Source: an uncultured Eubacteriales bacterium
GTDB lineage: Bacteria > Bacillota > Clostridia > Tissierellales > Peptoniphilaceae
Direction: 5' to 3'
Assembly: GCA_900539725.1 (NCBI GenBank)
Contig: UQDI01000010.1
Span: forward strand, 1 to 32,000
Length of the DNA: 32,000 bases
Shown here: positions 1 through 6,104 of the stretch, piece by piece
How the letters are laid out: the number at the start of each line of letters is the position of its first letter
Numbering within the stretch: position 1 is the stretch's first letter
Program-made: the position numbers and the translations under genes
Notes under the pieces: model-generated
Database searches by the model: none
Seen by the model: the letters and a program-made list of their open reading frames with translations, nothing else
Told to the model about the DNA's origin: nothing

Positions 1-215
1 ACTCACAATATCCCCCCCCTATCATAGATAATAATTAATTATCCTTTATTAACATTATAATTATATTATACTTTATTTAGACAATTAATTCAATATATAA
101 ATTAAAATGTTGATATGCTTATTCTTTTAATTGTCAAGACATATGTTACATTTAGAAAATATTTTTGTATAATTTGGTTTGTTTTTTAGATTTTTATATC
201 CTTTCTCTCCATTCT

Positions 216-254
216 CACTTTCAAAAAACAAAAATATTGCAAGTTTTGAAAGTG
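216..254. repeat. Inverted repeat CACTTTCAAAA-N17-TTTTGAAAGTG (copy A of a duplicated module); a weaker second IR (ACTTTCAAG 266-274 / TTTTGAAAGTG 293-303) follows
   Basis: Read directly. The arms at 216-226 and 244-254 are perfect 11-bp complements. The right arm lies in the spacer of the ATPase promoter. The second IR ends at the RBS. Confidence 0.85.
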
Positions 255-265
255 TATGATATAAT
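237..265 (+). promoter_or_regulatory. Sigma-A-type promoter for the AAA+ ATPase gene
   Basis: TTGCAA (237-242), 17-nt spacer, TGaTATAAT (extended -10, TATAAT 260-265). RBS GAGGTG at 303-308 lies 6 nt before the TTG start at 315. Confidence 0.6.
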
Positions 266-314
266 ACTTTCAAGAAATTAAAAAAATTAAAGTTTTGAAA
301 GTGAGGTGTAAACA

Positions 315-1517
315 TTGAAAATTATTGAGAGGCCTTTATATTTAGATAGGTTAAAGAGGCTTTACGGTACTCCTGACATTAAAATTATAACGGGCTTACG
401 AAGGTCTGGAAAGTCTGAGCTCCTAAGGTCTTTTGTAAATTATTTGAAGGAGTCTTACACTGACATTAATATAATACGTATTGATTTTAGCGATTTAAAG
501 TTTGATTCTCTAAAAAATTATAAAAGTCTTTATGAATATGTTGAAAAAATGTATGATGATTCTCTTAAGAATGTTTTAATTGTTGATGAGGTTCAGTTAT
601 GTGAGAAATTTGAGCTAGCGATAAACAGTTTTCATAATAGTAAGAATTATGACATTTACCTAACTGGATCTAACGCTTTTTTATTGAGTTCTGATTTGGC
701 GACTCTTTTCACTGGAAGGTTTATAGAGATTCCGGTATATCCTTTTAGTTTTGAAGAGTATTGTGATTACTTTGATATCGATAGGGACTATTCTGAACAT
801 TTGCAGGATTATCTTGTTGTTGGCGGTCTTTCTGGTTCTTATGTGTATGATAATAAGGAAGATAGGGCGGCTTATATCAATGATGTATATAAAACTTTGA
901 TTAAAAGGGATTTGATTGATAGGTACAATTTAAATGACGAGGCTCTTCTTGATAACCTAACAGAGTTTTTGATGGATAATATTTCGAATTTGACAAATGC
1001 TAATAATATAAGTAAAGTCTTAAATTACAACAATATTGCGACTAATCACGTTACAATTGGCAACTATATTAAGTACTTGTGCAATGCCTTTATGTTCTAC
1101 AAGGTCAAGAGGTATGATATTAAGGGCAAAAAGTATCTTGGAACAAATGATAAGTATTATTTATCTGATCTTTCTTTTAGATATGCTATATTAGGTGTTA
1201 GAAATATTGATTATGGAATGGCTTATGAAAATATTGTTGCTATAGAGCTTTTAAGAAGGGGTTATGATATATACGTTGGTACGCTTTATCAAAAAGAAAT
1301 AGATTTTGTGGCAATGAAGGGTGATGAGAAAATCTATGTACAAGTTAGTGATGATGTATCTAGTGAAAAAACAATGCAAAGAGAGCTTGAGCCGTTATTA
1401 TCAATAAGGGATGCGTATCCAAAGATGATCCTTTCTAACACAAAGCATCCAATGAGCCTGATTGATGGTGTGAAACACATCGATATAGCTAGGTGGCTTA
1501 TGGGGGATGAATCTTAG
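315..1517 (+). CDS. AAA+ superfamily ATPase, COG1373 / DUF4143-type (N-terminal P-loop, C-terminal PD-(D/E)xK-like domain)
   Basis: 400-aa ORF with a TTG start. Walker A is GLRRSGKS and Walker B is VLIVDEVQ. The C-terminal segment YENIVAIELLRRGYDIY...EIDFVAMKGDEKIYVQVSD matches the recalled family pattern. Confidence 0.8.
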   Translation: MKIIERPLYLDRLKRLYGTPDIKIITGLRRSGKSELLRSFVNYLKESYTDINIIRIDFSDLKFDSLKNYKSLYEYVEKMYDDSLKNVLIVDEVQLCEKFELAINSFHNSKNYDIYLTGSNAFLLSSDLATLFTGRFIEIPVYPFSFEEYCDYFDIDRDYSEHLQDYLVVGGLSGSYVYDNKEDRAAYINDVYKTLIKRDLIDRYNLNDEALLDNLTEFLMDNISNLTNANNISKVLNYNNIATNHVTIGNYIKYLCNAFMFYKVKRYDIKGKKYLGTNDKYYLSDLSFRYAILGVRNIDYGMAYENIVAIELLRRGYDIYVGTLYQKEIDFVAMKGDEKIYVQVSDDVSSEKTMQRELEPLLSIRDAYPKMILSNTKHPMSLIDGVKHIDIARWLMGDES

Positions 1518-1564
1518 TTTGTGTATATATATATATTTTTTGTTTAATTCATTTTAATTAAGTA

Positions 1565-1593
1565 TTGCTAAATGCAATATAAAGTGATATGAT
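1565..1593 (+). promoter_or_regulatory. Candidate promoter for the 62-aa ORF, overlapping palindrome ATTGC-N5-GCAAT (1564-1578)
   Basis: TTGCTA (1565-1570), 17-nt spacer, TGaTATGAT (TATGAT 1588-1593). The palindrome covers the -35 element. Confidence 0.45.
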
Positions 1594-1614
1594 ACATGTA
1601 TAGGAAGTGATATT

Positions 1615-1803
1615 ATGTCAAAAGCATCAAATGTATATATAGAACTTGAGTCTGAAATAAAAATGCCAATCAAAAAACCACTAGTTTATGAAGATTTAAG
1701 TGAAGAAGACTTTGATCACGAGATGCAAAAAGCAATTGATGATCTTGATAACGGCAGGACATATACTTCAGAAGAAGTAGAGAAAGAGTTGGAGGATATT
1801 TAA
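1615..1803 (+). CDS. Small acidic hypothetical protein (62 aa) with an antitoxin-like C-terminal tail; no partner toxin seen
   Basis: ATG start preceded by AGGAAGTGA. The C-terminal ...MQKAIDDLDNGRTYTSEEVEKELEDI resembles tails of RHH/antitoxin-type small proteins (recollection only). Confidence 0.5.
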   Translation: MSKASNVYIELESEIKMPIKKPLVYEDLSEEDFDHEMQKAIDDLDNGRTYTSEEVEKELEDI

Positions 1804-1817
1804 TACTACTAAAAATA

Positions 1818-1846
1818 TTGACAATTAATACATTTTAATCTATAAT
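1818..1846 (+). promoter_or_regulatory. Perfect-consensus sigma-A promoter with no CDS behind it
   Basis: TTGACA (1818-1823), exactly 17 nt, TATAAT (1841-1846). Confidence 0.6.
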
Positions 1847-1852
1847 TAACTT

Positions 1853-1911
1853 GACAGAGCCTCCCCACGCTTAATGTTTTACACATGCGGACCAAGGGGA
1901 GGACATTTTTT
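1853..1911 (+). ncRNA. Candidate ~60-nt small RNA: hairpin CCTCCCC(1860-1866)/GGGGAGG(1896-1902) with inner CGC/GCG pairing, then a T6 tract (1906-1911)
   Basis: Transcription from the consensus promoter would start near 1853. The GC-rich stem plus U-tract looks like an intrinsic terminator, and no ORF with an SD lies within. Confidence 0.35.
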
Positions 1912-1930
1912 ATATTACTATATCTATTCT

Positions 1931-1968
1931 CACTTTCAAAAAATGAAAAATATTTGAGTTTTGAAAGT
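1931..1968. repeat. Copy B of the CACTTTCAAAA...TTTTGAAAGT inverted-repeat module
   Basis: 1926-1969 (attctcactttcaaaaaatgaaaaatatttgagttttgaaagtc) matches 211-254 at about 40 of 44 positions. Weaker similarity extends upstream (about 1905-1925 vs 190-210). Confidence 0.85.
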
Positions 1969-1986
1969 CACTCAAACATTTTACTA

Positions 1987-2124
1987 TCAAGGACTGCTTA
2001 TGTGGTCCTTTTCTATTGCCATAAGTGTAATCAAAACCAAAACCAAAAGTATAATCATAAACACAATCATTAACACGATCAAATCCATAAGCAAAACTAT
2101 AATCATAACTACAGGCAAAAGCAT
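1987..2124 (-). CDS. Candidate 45-aa all-hydrophobic membrane peptide (MLLPVVMIIVLLMDLIVLMIVFMIILLVLVLITLMAIEKDHISSP), type I toxin-like
   Basis: This is an internal ATG of the 79-aa track ORF, preceded by GGTGGAG about 4 nt upstream. About 30 of 35 codons have T at position 2. The polar tail is EKDHISSP. The call is ambiguous because the underlying DNA is a hexamer repeat and all frames are open. Confidence 0.3.
   Translation of the reverse strand: MLLPVVMIIVLLMDLIVLMIVFMIILLVLVLITLMAIEKDHISSP
2021..2122. repeat. Degenerate hexamer-periodic tract (~17 units; + strand ANAANY, - strand TNTGNT-like)
   Basis: Parsed by eye: ataagt gtaatc aaaacc aaaacc aaaagt ataatc ataaac acaatc attaac acgatc aaatcc ataagc aaaact ataatc ataact acaggc aaaagc. 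Confidence 0.75.
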
Positions 2125-2242
2125 TCCACTCCACCATTTATAAACTATTTCACACTTTCTCTTAATAAATTCATAAAGTTGTTTTAATTTTTCTATCTCT
2201 CGGGTATATATTAAATAGAAAATCAATTAAGGAGGTAAGCTT

Positions 2243-2764
2243 ATGAGAATCGAATTTGTAGGAAAGAACATTGAACTAACTCAAAGTTTAAAGGATGTGG
2301 CTGAAAAGAAGTTCCAAAAGCTTGACAAGTTTATTGGCAAGGATGTGGACGCGAAGGTTGTCTTCTCGGCTGTTAGAAACACTAAATCTGTAGAAGTAAC
2401 TATCTTCCTAGATAGGACTATACTTAGAGCTGAGGAAGAAAGTGACGACATGTACACATCTATCGACAGGGCGGTTGATGTTTTGGAAAGACAGGTTAGA
2501 AAGTACAAAACTAAGCTTCAAAACAGATACCAAAAGAACGAGTCGATTAGGTTTGAAAATGTTAAGCCTATGGATGAGCCGGATGAGGCTAAGCTTGTAA
2601 AGAACAAGAAATTTAAGGTGGTACCTATGTCTTCTGACGAGGCTATACTTCAAATGGAACTACTTAGACACAATTTCTTCGTATACCAAAACGCTAAAAC
2701 TGAAGCCATCAACGTAGTATACAAGAGAAAGGACGGCAACTACGGCCTTATTGAAGTTGAATAA
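2243..2764 (+). CDS. hpf: Ribosome hibernation promoting factor (long HPF)
   Basis: 173 aa. The N-terminal MRIEFVGKNIELTQSLKDVAEKKFQKLDKF is typical of RaiA/HPF, and the C-terminal dimerisation domain is present. RBS AAGGAGG. Confidence 0.93.
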   Translation: MRIEFVGKNIELTQSLKDVAEKKFQKLDKFIGKDVDAKVVFSAVRNTKSVEVTIFLDRTILRAEEESDDMYTSIDRAVDVLERQVRKYKTKLQNRYQKNESIRFENVKPMDEPDEAKLVKNKKFKVVPMSSDEAILQMELLRHNFFVYQNAKTEAINVVYKRKDGNYGLIEVE

Positions 2765-2765
2765 A

Positions 2766-4727
2766 ATGAATATTAATATAGATGATTTTAAATTAAACAA
2801 ACCCATATCTTCGGTGAAGATATCGCCGGATGGTCGTCACAAGGTATTTATGGTGACTGACGTGGATATGGCGGCGAATGAGTACAAAAACTCATTTTAC
2901 ATGCTTGATGAAAATGATTCTTTGAAGAGACTGTCTACTAATGACGTCTCTTCTACTTATGCCGTGGACAATGGCGGGATCATTTTTGCTAAGTCTGACG
3001 AGAAAAGGAAGTATGCGTCTATCGTTTACCGTCTAAGCTTCAGTGGCGGTGAGAGGGAGGAGCTCTTTAGGCTAAATTACCCAATTAATGGTATTCGCAT
3101 CTTGGATGAGGAAAGGCTGATCTTGTCTATCAGCAATTCTGAGAAGATCAGGCACTTTAAGGACATGGATCAAGAGACTTACGAGAAGAAGGCGGCTGAA
3201 ATTAAGGAGGAGGACGACTACACTATTTACGACGAAATTCCTTTCTACCTTAACGGCGCTGGCTACAACAACAAGATTCGTACTTCGCTTGCAAGATACA
3301 ATATGACGAGCGGCGCGCTTAAGATTATTACTGATGACTTTACTAGTGTATCGAGCTATGACATAGCGCCTGATAAGTCTGAAATTGTCTACACTTCTGA
3401 GTCTTATACTGACAAGGCGCCTTTAAAGAGTCAGCTTTATGTTTATAGTTTTGCGGACGATAAGTCTGTGAAACTTGATTATGGCATGGGTCTTAGCTAT
3501 TATGGACCTAAGTATGCGGGGGATGATGTTTTTGTCTTTGCTACTGATCAAGTGGATCACGGCATCAACCAAAATCCAAAGGTCTACCTGATCGATAAGT
3601 CTAGGGAAAATATCAAGTGCATTAATGATGACTTCGATATGTCGATTGGCTCATCTGTGGGCAGCGACCTTCGTTATGGCGGTGGCTACTCATTTAGAGT
3701 GATGAAGGACAAGCTTTACTTTATATCAACCCTTGCGAATAGCGCAGACATCTTCGTCATTGACAAGGCGGGTAAATTGGAAAGGCTTTCTAAGGTAGTC
3801 GGCTCAGTCGATGAGTTTGACGCTTGTGAGTGTGGCGCTATCTACGCTATAGGCATGCTGGACTACAATTTACAAGAAGTTTATAAATTTGAAGGGGATA
3901 AATTTAAGAAAGTGACTGCCATAAACGAGGCTTTACAAAAGACTTGGGGCGCTGAAAAATATGACAAGATCACGTTTAAGAATGACGATATAGATTTTGA
4001 GGGCTTTGTGATCAAGCCGGACGGATACAAGCCGGGCAAGAAATACCCTGCGATACTTGAGATTCACGGCGGTCCAAAGACTGTTACGGGCGAGGTTCTA
4101 TACCACGAGTACCTTTATTTTGCAAAGCAAGGCTACTTTGTCTTCTTCACTAATCCGAGGGGCTCGGACGGCCGCGGCAATGATTTTATGAACATCAGGG
4201 GTAAGTACGGCACTATCGATTACGACGATTTGATGAAGTTCACTGACACTGTTTTGGAAAAGTACGAGGACATTGACAGGGACAACGTTCATGTGACTGG
4301 CGGCAGCTACGGCGGCTTCATGACTAACTGGATCATCGGACATACCAACAGATTTAAATCGGCTGCGTCGCAACGCTCGATATCGAACTGGCTAAGCTTT
4401 TTCGGTGTATCGGACATAGGCTACTATTTCGCGACTGATCAAAATTTGGCAGAGCCATTTACATCGAGTGAAGCCTTATGGGAACGCTCTCCGCTTAAAT
4501 ACGCGAGCGAGGTCAAGACGCCGACATTGTTTATCCACTCGGACGAGGACTTCAGATGCCCACTAGAGCAAGGCGTGCAAATGTTTACAGCGCTTAAGTA
4601 CTTCGGAGTCGACTCGAAGATAGTTATCTTCCACGGCGAAAACCACGAGCTAAGCCGCTCTGGCAAGCCAAAGCACAGACAAAGAAGACTTGACGAGATA
4701 ATCACATGGATTAAAAAGAGATCATAA
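2766..4727 (+). CDS. S9 family serine peptidase (prolyl oligopeptidase / acylaminoacyl-peptidase-like)
   Basis: Nucleophile motif GGSYGG, Asp in HSDEDFRCP and His in GENHEL. The N-terminal part is beta-propeller-like. ATG 2766 is preferred over the TTG at 2751, which overlaps the end of hpf. The SD is weak, so the start is uncertain. Confidence 0.88.
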   Translation: MNINIDDFKLNKPISSVKISPDGRHKVFMVTDVDMAANEYKNSFYMLDENDSLKRLSTNDVSSTYAVDNGGIIFAKSDEKRKYASIVYRLSFSGGEREELFRLNYPINGIRILDEERLILSISNSEKIRHFKDMDQETYEKKAAEIKEEDDYTIYDEIPFYLNGAGYNNKIRTSLARYNMTSGALKIITDDFTSVSSYDIAPDKSEIVYTSESYTDKAPLKSQLYVYSFADDKSVKLDYGMGLSYYGPKYAGDDVFVFATDQVDHGINQNPKVYLIDKSRENIKCINDDFDMSIGSSVGSDLRYGGGYSFRVMKDKLYFISTLANSADIFVIDKAGKLERLSKVVGSVDEFDACECGAIYAIGMLDYNLQEVYKFEGDKFKKVTAINEALQKTWGAEKYDKITFKNDDIDFEGFVIKPDGYKPGKKYPAILEIHGGPKTVTGEVLYHEYLYFAKQGYFVFFTNPRGSDGRGNDFMNIRGKYGTIDYDDLMKFTDTVLEKYEDIDRDNVHVTGGSYGGFMTNWIIGHTNRFKSAASQRSISNWLSFFGVSDIGYYFATDQNLAEPFTSSEALWERSPLKYASEVKTPTLFIHSDEDFRCPLEQGVQMFTALKYFGVDSKIVIFHGENHELSRSGKPKHRQRRLDEIITWIKKRS

Positions 4728-4733
4728 TATAGA

Positions 4734-4765
4734 AAGGTGCATATCGCTTGATGTGCACTTTTTTT
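4734..4765 (+). terminator. Intrinsic terminator after the peptidase gene
   Basis: Stem 4734-4744 / 4751-4761 (core GTGCA/TGCAC), 6-nt loop, T-run to 4765. Confidence 0.6.
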
Positions 4766-4809
4766 GTGGATGGGTTTATAGCATGGCACGAGAAGACCAT
4801 TAGCAAAGT

Positions 4810-4943
4810 GTGACTAATTGTCACGGCTTCAAGCCGAGTAGCGAGTGTATGGTGAGCGGCGAGACCATAATCAGTGCGTGACAAATTGTCACGAAGTCAA
4901 TTTACATAAAGGGATTTATTTTAAGTGGCTACAATTTGTAGCC
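4810..4943. promoter_or_regulatory. Three related palindromes: GTGAC-TAATT-GTCAC (4810-4824), GTGAC-AAATT-GTCAC (4878-4892), GGCTACAA-T-TTGTAGCC (4927-4943)
   Basis: Read directly. The first two sit inside a ~40-bp imperfect direct repeat (about 4788-4830 vs 4856-4897). All lie upstream of the TRIC channel gene. Confidence 0.6.
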
Positions 4944-5044
4944 GTTTGAACTATAATATATATTTATAAATATAGGCCAATAAGACAAATATTTCCATAG
5001 CTAAAAAACGAATTTTGTAGTATAATCATTAGAGGAGGAGAAAA

Positions 5045-5728
5045 ATGGATTACGAAAAATTTTACTACATAGCAGAAATCATCGGTACTGTGGCCTTTGC
5101 CTCATCGGGCACGCTTGTCGCCATCAGAAAGGGCATGGACGTCTTTGGCATCGTGGTTCTTGCGATAATCACAGCGATAGGAGGCGGTGTCATTCGTGAC
5201 ATCACCCTAGGTATCACGCCGCCCATGGCATTTAGAGACAACACATACACAATAGTTGCCATCGTTACTGCGCTCGTTTTGATACTATTTTTGTCGAAAA
5301 AAATTAAATTTTTAAGATTAAATACAGTTAACAGAAACTTTATGATTAAATACACACAAGTCGCGTCAGTGCTCGACTCCATAGGCCTTGGCCTGTTCAC
5401 AGTCAGCGGCGTAAGCGTTGCCATGGTCAGAGGCTACTCGAACAACGCCTTTTTGATGATCTTCGTCGGCGTCATCACCGGCTGCGGCGGCGGAGTCTTG
5501 AGAGACCTTCTTTCAGACACCATCCCGATTATATTCACAAAAAACACCATTTACGCAGTTGCCTCGCTTTTGGGCGCAGTCATGTTTATAGTTTTGAGAC
5601 CATATGGAGCGAACTTCTCCTTCTTTATGGGCGCCTTAACAACAGTCGTTATCAGACTTCTGTCGATGAAGTATAGGTGGAGTCTGCCAGACGTTTCATC
5701 TGACCTTGTCGATGGGGACGACGTTTAA
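5045..5728 (+). CDS. TRIC-family cation channel / UPF0126 (YadS/YicG-like) membrane protein
   Basis: 227 aa with two internal repeats, each carrying the GGGxxRD signature (IGGGVIRDI and GCGGGVLRDLL). RBS GAGGAGGAG. Confidence 0.85.
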   Translation: MDYEKFYYIAEIIGTVAFASSGTLVAIRKGMDVFGIVVLAIITAIGGGVIRDITLGITPPMAFRDNTYTIVAIVTALVLILFLSKKIKFLRLNTVNRNFMIKYTQVASVLDSIGLGLFTVSGVSVAMVRGYSNNAFLMIFVGVITGCGGGVLRDLLSDTIPIIFTKNTIYAVASLLGAVMFIVLRPYGANFSFFMGALTTVVIRLLSMKYRWSLPDVSSDLVDGDDV

Positions 5729-5757
5729 GAGGATTTAATACAGATTTTACTTTAGAA

Positions 5758-5788
5758 AGCTTTGTTTATGCATGAACAAGGCTTTTTC
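5758..5788 (+). terminator. Intrinsic terminator after the TRIC gene
   Basis: AGCTTTGTT (5758-5766) / AACAAGGCT (5775-5783) with one G:U pair, followed by a T-run. Confidence 0.6.
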
Positions 5789-5820
5789 TATGCGAATAGC
5801 TGGGCCACTGTGTACAAAAC

Positions 5821-5955
5821 TGTGGATAAGTCTGTGGATAGATTATAAATCACAAGAAAATAGCTTTGTCAAGTGCTATTTTTGTGAAAAACGCCTGTGG
5901 ATAATGTGGATAAGCTTGTGCATAAATGTAAAATAGCGATTTGCAGTGTGGATAT
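5821..5955 (+). promoter_or_regulatory. DnaA-box cluster (six boxes, all in the same orientation)
   Basis: TGTGGATAA at 5821-5829, 5896-5904 and 5905-5913 (the last two abut). TGTGGATAG at 5833-5841, TGTGCATAA at 5917-5925 and TGTGGATAT at 5947-5955. The consensus DnaA box is TTATCCACA / TGTGGATAA. Confidence 0.8.
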
Positions 5956-6040
5956 CTATGTGAGTAAGTGAACTATTAAATTTTTTATATATTTGTAAGC
6001 TTAGTATTAAAAATATTTATAAGGAATAAGACCATTTCCA

Positions 6041-6069
6041 TTGCTTTTATATTTCTTTAGCAGTATAAT
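6041..6069 (+). promoter_or_regulatory. Promoter of secreted-protein paralog 1
   Basis: TTGCTT, 17-nt spacer, TATAAT (6064-6069). RBS AAGGAGGA. Confidence 0.55.
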
Positions 6070-6104
6070 AAAGTTAATAAATCTATTTAAGGAGGAATTA
6101 TATT

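Noticed and set aside
127-315. 62-aa ORF on the - strand
   Set aside because: It lies across the ATPase promoter and inverted-repeat region, is low-complexity (F/N/K-rich) and has no SD. It is most likely a chance ORF in AT-rich DNA.
1885-2143. + strand ORFs 1885-2073 and 1961-2143
   Set aside because: They are read-throughs of the hexamer-periodic tract (KTKTK / IINTIINT low complexity) and have no SD. Only the - strand readings have any support, and those are kept as low-confidence candidates.
5821-6040. Interpreting the DnaA-box cluster plus AT-rich stretch as the chromosomal origin (oriC)
   Set aside because: No dnaA or dnaN gene is adjacent, and flanking genes on both sides run in the same (+) direction, so there is no leading-strand switch. 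It is kept as a non-origin DnaA-box cluster. This needs the whole-genome context to be certain.
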